The notes: generated from the sequence alone by a model not told the origin. Positions 38,477 through 54,480 are shown, numbered from the stretch's first letter. The stretch: DNA of 64,000 nucleotides from Anolis carolinensis (GCF_035594765.1 NC_085844.1:39323923-39387922), one strand, 5' to 3'. Numbers and translations are program-made.

Positions 38477-38710
38477 TTCGGAGTTGAACGTGGATGGAAA
38501 CCCAATGCCTTGGGCTTCCTTTAGGCCACAAAGACAGCGCTTCGAAAAACCCCAAAAACAACGGACGCCGGGCAGGAAGGATTCAAACCTCCATCTTCTC
38601 GCGGCAGCCTGAGAGTTCTGAGAGTTTCGCGAGAGGAGGCTCTGTCCCTCCGAGTAACGAAGCCGAGTGAGTAACAAGGACTTTGGTTTTCTAGTTCCGG
38701 GGACGGTTTT
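38477..38710 (-). promoter_or_regulatory. Probable HAUS3 promoter and non-coding first exon
   Basis: Isolated CpG-rich patch; donor GAA|GTAAGT (GT at 38475-38476, minus); TTTGAAT CHR-like element (minus, 38581-38587); TTTCGCGAGA E2F/BANP-like motif at 38625-38634. Confidence 0.6.
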
Positions 38711-38804
38711 CCTAAGGAACACATACTGTAGCTGTGGAAGCCTAGCGTAGAGCTGTTGGGATTATAAAGTAATCATCGGTCTTGCGTTAATGTGTTATCA
38801 AAGG

Positions 38805-40092
38805 CTAAAATCAGGACAGTAAATAAAGAACAACCCTCAGAAAACAGGGGAATTCCAGACAAGAAACAATCAGGGCCAGCTAATCACCTCCTAACAAATA
38901 ATTCCCCCAGGCAGGAAGCAACCAAGCTTTGAAGTTGCAAGGCTATGCAGTGCTAATCAAGGTGATCAATTTCAACATTCACACTTGCCTCAAACAGTTG
39001 TTGTTTAAGGCTTTCATGGCCTCAATCAGAAGCATTCTCTCCTGACATGTTCCATTAGCATTCTCTCCTGACATTTCGCCCACATCTGTGGCAAGCATCC
39101 TCAGAGGTTGTGAGGTCTGTTGGAAACTGGACAAGAGAAGAGTTATTTTTGTTGTCAAAGGCTTTCATGGCCGGGATCACAGGGTTGTTTTATGTTTTCC
39201 GGGCTGTATGGCCATGTTCCAGAAGTATTCTCTCCTGATGTTTCGCCCACATCTATGGCAGGCATCCTCAGAGATTGTGTGCTATGGAGAAACTAAGCAA
39301 GGAAGGTCTATATATATCTGTGAAAAGTCCAGGGTGAGAGAAGAACTCTTGTCAGTTGGAGGCCAGTGTGAATGTTGTAGTTAATCACCTTAATTAGCAC
39401 TGAATAGTTTCATCTCCTGGCTTCTTCCTGCCTGGTGGCATCCTTTGTTCAGAGTCCTTAGCTGCCCCTGGTTGATTCATGTATGGGACTCCTCTGTTTT
39501 CAGAGTGTTGCTTCTTATTTACTGTTCTGATTTTTGAGTTTTTTAATACTGGCAGCCAGATTTTGTTCATATTCGTGGTTTCCTCCTTTCTGTTGAAGTT
39601 ATCCACATGCTTGTGGATTTCAATGGCTTCTCTGTGTAGTCTGACATGATAGTTGTTGGAGTGATCGAGCATTTCTGTGTTCTCAAATAATATACTGTGT
39701 CCAGGTTGGTTCATCAAGTGCTCTGCTATGGCTGATTTCTCTGGTTGAGTTAGTCTGCAGTCTTCTCTCACCCTGGACTTTCCACAGATATATATAAACC
39801 TTCCTTGCTGAGTTTCTCCATACCTCACAACCTCTGAGGATGCCTGCCATAGATGTGGGCGAAATGTCAGGAGAGAATACTTCTGGAACATGGCCATACA
39901 GCCCGGAAAACATACAACAACCCAGAGTTCCTTTTCCCACCCTGAACATTCCACAGATATATAAACCCTAGTTGCCTAGTTTCCAACAAATCTCACAACA
40001 TCTGAGGATGCTTGCCATAGAGATGGTTGAAACATCAGGAGAATATGCTTCTGAATCATGGCTATACAGCCCGGAAAACTCACAGCATCCCA
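38805..40092. mobile_element. Cluster of Penelope-like element fragments; main copy 39150-39761 (minus) with inverted pLTR 39762-39923
   Basis: GIY-YIG C-terminal peptide QPEKSAIAEHLMNQPGHSILFENTEMLD...RLHREAIEIHKHVDNFNRKEE; four hammerhead cores. Confidence 0.9.
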
Positions 40093-40389
40093 GCCTTGTG
40101 TTATTTTTAAAGCCTTTTTATATAGCATCCCTAATCCGATCAGCAATTTTGACTAGTATATAAAGCCATATTATTAATAACACATATGTTTGGAGTAATA
40201 AAACATTTGTAGTTAATTTTTAAAAGATGGTAGATTATATTACTGAGCCTGGGTAAAGACCTGAGCAAGAAGTCTATTGAAAAGAGGATGACTGTGGCTG
40301 CATCTACTACACTGTGGAATTAAGACAGTTTGACACCACATTAACTGCCATTGCTCAATGCTATGGAATGCTAGGAGTGCCTGAAATTC

Positions 40390-40830
40390 ATTGTTTTCAG
40401 AGTGTTGTTCTTTATTTACTGTCCCGATTTTAGAGTTTTTTAAAATGTTCGTAGCCAGATTTTGTTCATTTTCATGATTTTCTCCTTTCTGTTGAAATTA
40501 TCCACATGCTTGTTGATTTCAATGGCTTCTCTGTGTAGTCTCATGATAACTGTTAAGAGTGGTCCAGCATTTCTGTGTTCCCAAATAATATGCTGTGTCC
40601 AGGTTGGTTCATCAGGTGCTCTGCTATGGCTGACTTCTCTGGTTGAGTTAAATCTGCTGTGCCTTTCATGTTCCTTGATTCGTTTTTGGGCAATGCTGAG
40701 TTTGGTGGTGCTTATGTAGATTTGTCCACAGCTGCATGATATACGGTAGACTCCTGCTGAGGTGAGAGGATCCCTCCTGTCCTTTACTGAATGTAGTATT
40801 TGTAGTGTTTAGGATTAATGCTGTATCCCT
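40390..40830 (-). mobile_element. Older Penelope GIY-YIG endonuclease fragment
   Basis: Minus strand encodes ...RDPLTSAGVYRISCSCGQIY..., with decayed homology to 39490-39760. Confidence 0.8.
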
Positions 40831-40929
40831 TTAAGAAGATGCACTCTAGCCGAGCTACATGAAACTGGAGGTTGGGGAAGGAGGAGAGATATCGGCCAGT
40901 CTAGCCTTCTTTTACTCTGTCTGCGCTTG

Positions 40930-41160
40930 TGCTTCAGGAACCGGAAGTAGGTGTCTCTGACCCAGCGGAAGTGGCTTCGACGAGGGAAGGGGAGTATTTT
41001 TCCCGGTTGGGGAACCGCCAGGGGTTCCTGAGACGCGAGCGGGCGAGGAAGAGGTAAGTCCCGGCGAGTGAGGCGCCCTCCTAGGCCTTTCCCTTCTCTT
41101 CCCGTCCCGGGGGGCTTTATTGGAGCAAGAAGAGCCGTTCCTGCTGCCGGCAAGCGGAAG
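40930..41160 (+). promoter_or_regulatory. ELOC CpG promoter and non-coding exon 1 (ends 41053)
   Basis: Tandem ETS/GABP sites CCGGAAGT (40941-40948) and GCGGAAGT (40965-40972); donor GAG|GTAAGT at 41054. Confidence 0.75.
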
Positions 41161-41303
41161 CCCCATAACGTGGCCCAGTTCCCCCTTCAGAGCAGGAGTC
41201 AACATAAACTCCGCCCTTAAGAGAGCCCTTCGTTGGCCTGCCTTGGAATATATTTTCAGACTTCGGGAGGAACACAAAGAGCCTCAGCCCCACCTTCCTA
41301 CAC

Positions 41304-41421
41304 CAGGCATGGGGACACTTCGGCCTTCCCTCCAGGTGTTTTGGACTCCAACCGGCTGTTAGGAGTTGCGGGAGTTGGAGTCCAAAACACCTGGAGGGAA
41401 GACGAAGTTTGCCCATGCCTG
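41304..41421. mobile_element. Palindromic hAT MITE (CAGGCATGGG family; other copies near 6968, 36966, 52877, 57778, 59249)
   Basis: Fold-back TIRs CAGGCATGGG...CCCATGCCTG. Confidence 0.8.
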
Positions 41422-41597
41422 ACCAACACTAGAATGAATGCAGTTTGACGCCACTTCAAATGCCCTTGCTCAATGCTATGAAATGCTGGGAGTGGTAGTT
41501 TGGTAAGGCACCAGTCCTCATCGCCAGAGACTCCATAGCAGTTAAAGTGGTGTCAAACTGCGTTCGTTCTACAGTGTCTGTGCCCCTTTTCCCATTT

Positions 41598-41913
41598 AGT
41601 AAGGTAAAGGTTTCCCCTGACATTAAGTCTAGTCGTGTTAGACTCTGAAGGTTGGTGCTCATCTCCATTTCTAAGCTTTGTCCATAGACCTCACCTAGGT
41701 CCTATGGCCAGCATGACTGCATGGAGCACCGTTACCTTTCCCCAGAAGCGATACCTATTGATCTACTCACATTTGCATGTTTTCGAACTGCTAGGTTGGC
41801 AGAAGCTGGGGCTAATAGCGGGAGCTCACCCTGCTCCCTGGTCTTGAACCGCCAGCCTTTCAGTCAGCAAGTTCAGCAGCTCAGCAGTTTAACCCACTGC
41901 GCCACCGTGGGCT
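41598..41913 (-). mobile_element. Sauria SINE
   Basis: Reverse complement of the same family. Confidence 0.85.
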
Positions 41914-44900
41914 CCTCCCATTTAGTAGGTACTTTAAAATATGTAATCTGTGGGGTTAGATCGCCTCCCCCCCTCTCCTGGCATTCAGGAAACAGCTCAA
42001 AACTTGTCTGTGTAAGCAGGCATTGGACGAATGACACCAATACACAAACAGCCAAAGGAAACCATAGGATTGGTGCAATGTTTAAATGTCTTAATGTTTT
42101 ATGGTTATGCTGATGGTTTGTATAGTTTGTAATGATTTAATATATGGCTATATACAATTGCTTTTAGGCTTGTAATATTCTTTTATATGGATGTGAGGCA
42201 TTGAATCTTTGCCATTTACTATGTTGTGAACCGTTTTGAGTCCCCCCAGGGGTGAGAAAAGCAGTACTGTATATACATGAAATAAATAAATATCCATAGC
42301 ATGTGATGCAATGACTGCAGTGTCCTCTTATTGATCCTGCTTTCTGCCACAAACACACTTTGGCTGTGTTTGTGATAGGAAGCAACACCCATTTCTGGGA
42401 CAACTGCCCTTTTGTTATTTTTATGTGTTTTCAACTAGTTTCCAACTTATGGTGACACTCTCAAGGGGTTTTCTGGAGATGTATGTGACACACCCAAGGC
42501 CACTATCCAGAGCAGGCAGACTCCCAACGGCAGCCCTCCAGCTGTTTGGGCCTCCAACTCCCAGAAGCCTTAGCCAGCTTGTTCAGTGGTCAGGAATTCT
42601 GGGAGTTGGAGAACTGCATTTTGAGGAAGTCTCTCTCTCCCCCCCCCCCCCCCCCCCGGCAAATGAGGAATTGAATCCTGGTCTTCAGGGTTGTACAACC
42701 ACTACCCTAGCTAGCTTTGCCCTCCTTTTACTGGACAGCAGTGCCTGTTATGTCTTGCTTGTAACTGGCTTCTAATGCTTTCATTCAAATAGAATTCAAC
42801 ATTATTGGGAGAAGAAAAATGAGGTGATGGAGACCCCTTTCCAGGTATCTTGGAAAGCAAGCTTTCAGTGAATAGTCAAGATATAGGTCAAATCTTCTGC
42901 AAGAAGGGTTATAGTAATGTGTTAGAAACTCCTCAAGGCTTCCCTCTTTAGTTGTTCACAACTGTTTCTCAAATTTCTAAAATTCCTATTTTTGGTCAAT
43001 TCTGCTTCCATTTAAAATTGCAACTCAGCCATTTTTCTCAGTGTTTGAAGATAAATGGAGACAGTATGAACATTGCCCTGCTATAAAATAATTGTATTGT
43101 TAATTGTTAGTCAAAACAAATTTGCTTGGATTGCCATGCCTGAGGGGATATCACTTAAATTAATTTTGTACCAGATATTATATGGGAGCAGTGTGTTTAG
43201 GAGAACATGGACATTCAAGCTAAAGTGGTGCAAGAAACATTTTGAACTACAGATGTCAAATTAAAGCCCCTTATTTATCTTAACTGATCATTATTCTTGC
43301 ATAGAAATAGACTGATAATCAGTGTGCCTATTCATTGATCAATCAATATTAAAATGTATGCCTATGTTTGTGTAAGGAATTAATAACTTAGAATAGGGAA
43401 CTGGAACCAAGAATATTGTTCAACTTTGTACTCAGACAGCTACATTTCCCACACTGCTCCCAACTAATATAGTAACTTAGTCCAGATCCCCATATATAAG
43501 CTTTTAAAAAGCCTATATGCTGTCATGGTCCTAGATAATCTGCTGTGCTTCTGTTGCTGACTTTAGTAAATAGCTGTTGATCCAGCATTCTTCCAGCGAA
43601 TAGAAATAAAGCTGACATCCCAGTTTACTTGCAGTGAAGTCTTTTGATATTGATTTGCTAAGCTGAAGGTAAAAACGTGGCACTTGTTATATAGTGTGGG
43701 AAAAGAAAAGACAACGTTTATAGGTACATTTGGAAATGTCATAAAAATGGACAGTTTTGATGCAAACAGTATGCATTCAGGAAACAGCAACCCGCATCCC
43801 ATGGTATGTTAACAAAAGGAGCACTTGTCTCATATCTCAGAACTTTCTTGAAGAGATTGCAGAAGATAACAAGGTCCATTTGAAAGTTGTGGTGATAAAA
43901 GTTGAACTCAGTTAAGAGAAGTCAAGGTATACATCTAAGGCAAAACATTACCATCCCCTTATGCACACATGAAACAAAAAGTAAACATATTATGTTTTAG
44001 GGTCTCAGAAGAATTGCAACCATTTGTCACTACATAAATTAGTGTTCCTTTGTTATCAGTATCCTGTCCTGTCATAATAAGATTTTAAGTTGTATTGTAA
44101 TGCTTTTAATTGTGAGCCGGTTTAAGTCTCTATATGGAGAGAAAACGTGGGATATAAATAAACGTAATAAATAAATATTATTTTGAAATAATGGAGTCAG
44201 TGTATGCTTTAGAGACTAGATTGTGTGGCTGTTCATGATGCTGATGGTTTGACCTTTGGGGATGTTTCAAAACTTAAAACCGTTTAATGATTGCTTAAAG
44301 CCTTCTTATTAGCTAAGTACTTTGTTGAGATTGGGAAAAGACATAGGAATAGCATTTTGAAGAAAGAGGCCAAGGGAAGACCTGAAGGTCTGCAAGTGTA
44401 GGACTTATAAGTTGCTTAGCTTTGTTGAGGATTTTTAATGTGGATAATTTGTAGAAAGGGAAGCACAATCTTTGAAAATGTAACTATTAGGAAATTTCTT
44501 TTTATCTGTTCATCACATCAAAGATCCTTGTGGTATGAAACATCATAAATATTTTAATAAACAAATTACTTCAATACACTCCTCAAATTTCAGAGGGGAT
44601 TAACTGACTAGATCAAGAGGTAGAATGTATGCACTGCTTGTCATCCACCGACAAACTGATCAGTATTCATAACTGGCAAATGAATGTGTCTCGTGTCTCT
44701 TGTGCTAGCTCAAGTGGTGTTTAAGTTGCCTTTATCTCATGGTGACTTATTTAAGGTGTATAATGAATTCATATAGGTAATGCTTCTTTTGGCCTCTGGG
44801 ACATGGAAAACTGCTTTATGTTAGGCCAAGGCCTTGGTCCATTTAGGTCAGTGTTGTCTGTTCTGATTGTTAGGGGCCCTCTTAGATCGTAAGGCAGGAT

Positions 44901-46363
44901 TATATTCAGAAAGGCCTTCTCATAGTAGGAGTAGCTTTTGCCAGTGAAGCCATAACAACAGAAAAGGATCCTAGTAGATATGAACCAAAATCTTAGAATG
45001 TCTCTGAAAGAGGATATCCCCAGATAAGAGGTGTGTGGGAACACATGGAAGGCACCTGTAAATTATGTTAGCTTTCTTTCTTGTTGTTTGCAGCAGTTCA
45101 CATCTGGCTCTTATGCTGCTAATTGGAATCAGAGCACCTATGTATTAGTATTTACTAAATAGAAGTAAGTATCTCCAGGTGGTTTTTGTCAAAGTTAGGC
45201 ATGCCAAATGCAAAAAAGAAAAAAAGAGGATCTTTGCCCTGTGGTTGATTGGCTATCATGGATAAAAGATTTAAAATCTGAGACACACTCTGAATCTCAT
45301 AGCTTCACAGGGCCTTGAACTGCTACTCTTGTATGAGATTCATTGGTATAAATTGCTAGGTTGGTGTAGCTTTCTTGTGTACATCTTCCCTCTTTTACTC
45401 TTTGTATGTTGTATTAATTTTCCAAAACCTAGTTTATTTTAAGTTGATGTATTCTTATTTCAACTAGTGCTTTTTAAAGTACTTCAAAATAGTTCATCCT
45501 ACTTATTTTTGTGCTTTTATGGTAAAGACTAGTCCCCTTTTTGAGCCTGGAGAAAAACTGTGAGTTAGTCAAGAATCATGTATATTATACATGACTGACC
45601 CAAGCCAATAGCTGAGTAATTTAATTCAGTACCATCTAAATATTCTCAGATAGTTTAAGTGCAGCGCTCCTTTCTCCTGTAAAGTGCAGTGTATTACAGT
45701 AATCTCAATGTGATATTAATAGAAGATGTATGACAGTAAAGATCCAAATGGTGTAGTGCAAGTCGCAGTCTTTTAAAGGAAAGCAATGGCAAATATCTGA
45801 TCCCATGATAGGGTTGTCACAAGTTAGAGTTAACTTGTAGTCACATAGCAAGAACAATTTATGATCATAGTCAGGTCTGGAAACCAAAGCTTAGAAAATA
45901 TACTTAGACTATCACTCCCATAATTCTCCAATCATTGTGATCGATGACCTACTGAACTTAGATTTATGTAATGAGATGTAGGATTTAAATTGAGTTGTTG
46001 CTGGATTCATTGGTACAAACTGTCCAGATGACGTTATGTCCAGAAGTGGCCTTGTTCTTGGTCATTTGACTTCTAATTGCACAGCAAGGGCTTGTGTATA
46101 ACCTTGGTCTTGAGCTAGTAGTGACTCGTCAAAGCATTGTTCGCCCTTGACTTGGAAGGGTGGTACAGTAAACACAGCTAAGTTATGTTTCTAATTAACA
46201 TCAAAGCCAACTCTAGAAAGGACTGCAGTTAGTGACCTTATATCTCTTACATTCTTTGATTGCTTTCAACAATGAACTTGAATGTGAATGTACTTTTCCA
46301 TTTGTTTTCAGATCCTGTTTGTAAATCGGTAAAAGCTAAGAGCCAAGCATTTGATAAGGAGAG

Positions 46364-49313
<2,950 letters not shown>

Positions 49314-51214
49314 ATAAAATAAGTTATAATAAAAATGTAAACTTCCCCCAGTATTTAATACATGTAGTTCGGTTAGTATCTTTTTTTCATCTAGCATGTT
49401 CTGTATTTTTGGTTAAGAAGTGTAATGGTCACAGTTGCTGACAGTGATTTTGCATATGGCCCATTCATGCTCAGGTTTTGTTTTGGTGCTTACACAAGTC
49501 ACAGACTTCTTACCAACTGACAAATAAACAAACATGCCAATTAGTGGATGACTTTGCTTTATCCTTTAGTGATGACAAAGAGCTATTTGTAACACAAAAT
49601 CACTGAAAATTTGATAAATTGTTGATAAACAGCAGACTGTTATGGCTGTAATCCTGTATCTACTTACCTACAAGACTTGCAGATCTATGTAGATGCATAG
49701 GATTGTTCTGTTAAAATGTTTGTGGCATGGTTCCCCTCCCCCTTTTTTTTGGCTTGGCCTTTTATATTGTCGAAATATTCAAACTGTCTGAGCATATTAA
49801 ACTGATTCCCACTAGCATGTTAAATATTTTTCTTTTAGCAAATATTAAATACGGTGTTCTTGTAACCTTTTGCCTGAATGTCCATAATATTGATAGGTAT
49901 TATTGTGTTTTCATGGTATACCATCACAGTCTTTTTTTACTACTGTAAATCATATTAATTACTGGCAAAGACTGTGAAAGGTGAAGGTGAGAGAAGTAAC
50001 TCTCTCACTGCCCGACTCTTTAGTTGTGGAGGGAATTATTCTTTAAAAGACTAGTTTACTGTTTAATACAAAAATATTATGTAGAGAAGACAACAGCTGA
50101 AGTGCGATCCACTGTATGATGCAGTGTGGTTCTAGAATCTGTGAAATCTCTACATACATCTTGGGAACTATGGATATCTCCTTCCCTGAAGGGCACGGTG
50201 GCTGTTGTATTTATCTGTTAGAGATAGTGTTTCTACTAACCTCATAGTTGTATTCATAGACTGAGAACCTCAGAATGATCAAGAGGCAACTCCATATCTT
50301 TAGAACATTTTTTCTTCCTGTTTCCTTCAAGTTTTTCCTCTTGCCGCCTTTGCTAAATAGGGAATAGGAAATTCAAAGGAACATGTTTTGTGACAGAAAC
50401 TCTCTTTGGAATATCCCACTCCTTAGTGTTCTTTAAATGTGAAATGGCAGAATGCTTTGGTGATGTGAGACATCCCACAATTCCATTGAGATATATTGTG
50501 CAATATGGCCTGCTGTTGCTATAAATTATGTAATTATGCAACTAATTAACTTAACAAAGAAAGATGCATTTATAACCTCCATAAGAGCAGTTATAAGGTG
50601 AAACAGATACACAGTTGTGGACAAAAATCATCCTGTAAGCATATGGAACTATCAAACTATCCATCATTTGTAAAAGTATGCAAGTTATAAGAATACTTTT
50701 TATCTGATACCAAGTGTTCCCTTATGGTTATCATTGTAATATAAGCCTACAATTTCACCTCACAAAGTTTTCATGCACTTTTGCTTTGTCACAGAAGCCT
50801 TCTTATACTAATTTAATTTCAATTAGCATTTACAGTGAGTTTTGTTTTGGTCATTATGATGTCATATCTGCTTTTGGTTGCTCAGCTTGCATGAAAACTC
50901 AGGTATAGAGAAATATGTTTTTCTACTGCTGATGGTCCAGTAGAGCCCTGCAAAGGAGCCCACAAAAGTTACTAGCTTATGAAATGTTTGGAATCCTGCT
51001 GGGGACTGGTAAAGGAGGAATAGAAATCAGAGTTTCTGTGCTAATGATAGAAGAGGAATCTTCTTTTACCTTACAACTCTTGGATTCTATGTTGGTACGG
51101 TAGAAATTCAAAGTGCACTATCCCCTGACACTATGCAATTTCTATGGTGATCAGTCTTGTCCTTTAATGCAACATCAGTGTGATATCTGCAGCACTTTGG
51201 GGAATCTGCTATAT

Positions 51215-51343
51215 CAGTGGTTCTCAACCTGTGGATCTCTGGGTGCTTAGGCCCACAACTCCCAGACATCTCAGCCAGTTTACGAGCTGTTAGTTGGGAG
51301 TTGAAGGCCAAAACATCAGGGGACCACAGGTTGAGAACCACTG
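51215..51343. mobile_element. Palindromic hAT MITE
   Basis: CAGTGGTTCTCAACC...GGTTGAGAACCACTG; TSD TGCTATAT. Confidence 0.88.
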
Positions 51344-53042
51344 TGCTATATGCGTTTGTAAACAGGGACAAACAAAACCCTCGTGACAGGCCATCTGAAA
51401 CAGTGATGGGGTTGACACTGCAAAAGTTTGATAGATTTCAATCTTTAACTTACAAGTTTCTCATTGTTGGCTATCAAGTTTGAACTTACGTGAAATCCCA
51501 GTAAAAGGCCCATTTAGAATAAACAAAATTGCTGTTCTATTGGATTCTGATTTTTTTGGTATTGTGCCTTCAAGTCATTTGCTAATTATGATGACCCTAA
51601 TGTGAATCTATGCGGACATTTTCTTGGCAAGATTTATTCCAAGGGTTCACATTACGGTCACTATAATTCAGAAATTACTTTAGGTTGACTATCTTTTATC
51701 AAAAATGATAAGTGTTTTGGATTTTGGAATACTTGCATTGGCTTATATGTATATAATAAGGTCTCTTCAAGATGGGACCAAAGTCTCACAAAATTTGTTT
51801 CTTCGTCGTTATCTTTATTTTTATCTTGACTTTCTCCCTATAGGGACTCAAGGTGGCTAACAATGGCATGAAACAATACAATAGATTTTTGAAAAATACA
51901 TATACAAATTAAAATTAAAATAAATATTTGTGTCATAAGGGTAAAACGTTAAAATACAGAAAAAGTACAATATAGTTAGTTATATTTTAAAACTAGACAC
52001 TCCCCCAATTCCAATTCTTATAACCCTTATGTATACTCTGAATGTAGTTTTGTACAATGTTTTGTACAATAGTTTTGTATAATGGTGTGCATGAAACACA
52101 GTTTGTATACATGGAACCACCAGAAAAAAAGGGTATCACTATCTCAGCCCCCCAAGTAGACAGTTTTGGATTTTGGAGTATTTTGGAGTTTGGAATGCTG
52201 GGTATCCAAGGGATATTCAATCTGTCTCCATTAACTGTAATACTATTTTGCTTCCAAAGTAGGAAGGAGAGTGGGTGGGCTGAAGTTGGTTGAATAAACG
52301 GGTCTGCGCTAGTTGGCACTGACAGTTGGATTAGGCCAAATGTCACCATCTGCTACATGGCTTAGATCCCAGGTCTTATCACACATGGGCTTGTTTTCTT
52401 TCGAATTTACCACATCGTGCAAAGGGTTTTTTTCTTTTTATGTATGCTGAATATAAATACTGTAAATAAATAAGTGACGCTTAGCAAAGGTGGCACAGGT
52501 TGACTACCCCTTATCTGAAATACTTGGAACCAGAAATGTTTTGAATTTCCAATATCTGTATTTGCATACATTTACATATTACAAAATAGTGGAAATGGGA
52601 CTGATCTCTAAATCCGAAATTCATTGTTTCATAGCCTGAAGGTAATTTTAAACTCAACTTTGTGCATGAAAAAGGTGGCATATCTACACTCAAACAGATG
52701 CAGTTTTACAATATTCTAGCTGCTATAGTTCAGTGCTAAGGACTCATGGAAATTGTAGTTTTTCAATGTCTTTAGATTCTGTCAAAGTGTGGTAATGCCG
52801 TACCAAATTACAACACCCATGATTCCATAGCACTGAATAAATCCTATTCAAACTGCATTAAATTTACAGTGTAGACCAGGCATGTGCAAACTTCGGCCCA
52901 TCAAGTGTTTTGGACTTCAGCTCCTACCGGCTGTTAGGAATTGTGGGAGTTGAAGTCCAAAACATTTGGAGGGCTGAAGTCTGCCTAGGCCTAGTGTAGA
53001 TGCACCCAAAGTTTTGAGTACAGCAGAAAACAAAGGTTATTT

Positions 53043-54056
53043 TGTTGTTGCTATTCATTCAGTTGCTTCTGATTCTTCGTGACCTCATGGACTACCCATG
53101 CCAGAGTTTCCTGTCAGCCATCGCCACTCCCAACTCCATCCATCTTGCCCTTGGTCGGCCCCTCTTCATTTTCCATTTTCCCCAGCATCATTATCTTCTC
53201 CAAGGTATCCTGTCTTCTCAAGATATAGCCAAGGTACTTCATCTTTGCCTCTAATATACTTCCCTCCAGTGAGCAGTCGGGCATGGTTTCCTGGAGTATG
53301 GACTAGTTGGATCTATGTGGACCTTGGTTGCCAGCGTGATGTCTGTATTCTTCACCATTTTATCAAAATTGGTCATTGCTCACCTCCCAAGATGTAAGCA
53401 TCTTCTGATTTCCCACTGCAGTTTGTGTCTGCAGTAATCTTTGTCTAGAAATACAAAGTCTGTCACTGCCTCCATATTTTTTTCCTCTATTTGCCAGTTA
53501 TCAATCAGTCTGGTTGCCATAATCTTGGCTTTTTTTTAATGCTTAACTGCAACCCAGTTTTTGCACTTTCTTCTTTCACTTTGCTTATAAGGCTTCTCAG
53601 CTCCTCACTTTCAACCATCAAAGTAGTATCATCTGCATATCTAAGGTTGCTAATGTTTCTTCCAGAAATTTTAACTCCAGCCTTAGATTCATGAAGCCTC
53701 ACAGGTCACATGATGTGTTCTGCATACAAGTTGAATAGGTAGGGTGAGAGTATACAGCCCTGCTGTATTCCTTTCCCAATCTTGACCAGTCTGTTGTTCC
53801 GTGGTCTGTTGCTACTTATACAGCCCTGCTGTATTCCTTTCCCAATCTTGACCAGTCTGTTGTTCTGTGGTCTGTTGCTACTTATACAGCCCTGCTGTAT
53901 TCCTTTCCCAATCTTGACCAGTCTGTTGTTCCGTGGTCTGTTGCTACTTGGTCGTTATACAGATTCTTCAGGAGACAGATAAGGTGACTTGGTATCCCCA
54001 TGCCACCAAGAACATGCCACAATTTATTATGATCCACACAGTCAAAGGCTTTAGAA
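53043..54056 (-). mobile_element. RTE/BovB LINE fragment
   Basis: SKAFDCVDHNKLW and NISNLRYADDTTL RT motifs; (CAA)n tail at 53043. Confidence 0.9.
53751..53948. repeat. 3 x 66-bp tandem repeat inside the RTE RT domain
   Basis: Units begin TATACAGCCCTGCTG at 53751, 53817 and 53883. Confidence 0.92.
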
Positions 54057-54480
54057 TCTATATACCGGTAAATAAAAATGTAAAGTCCATCCGTTAGGGA
54101 CGTCATATCTCCCAAACTATTCCACCAATGGCTATGAAATTTGGACACAACATAGCATTTGACCTGGTGAGTGTTTTAAGCCTACTCTCACAAACCTAAC
54201 CCAGCAGAGAAAGGTAAAAACAAACCCAAAAGCAATGGCCAATCAGTCTTAGCTACCGTCCTAACAGACAGCCCCTCCCCTTAGCAATGGCCAAGCAGAC
54301 CCCACCCTTTAGCAACCGGTGTGGGCGGGGAACAGATTTCAGTCTTTTTCCCTCACAAAGGCCTCTCCCGATGGAGAGAGAAGGCCTTCAGCCATTTAAG
54401 TGGGAAAAGAAAGGGAAAAGGAATAGGAAGGCCTGGGGCTGTTGGGAATGGTGGGAGTTGAAGTCCAAGGCACCTGGAGG
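54057..54480 (+). mobile_element. Possible Helitron 5' fragment truncating the RTE element
   Basis: A|TCTATATA...AAATAAAAATG begins where RTE homology stops; no 3' CTAG end found. Confidence 0.45.

Noticed and set aside
39394-39954. 186-aa ORF as a host gene
   Set aside because: Chimera of an inverted Penelope pLTR read into the GIY-YIG tail; no RT and no true ATG start.
53751-53948. CRISPR-like array
   Set aside because: Contiguous tandem units with no unique spacers, inside a eukaryotic LINE.
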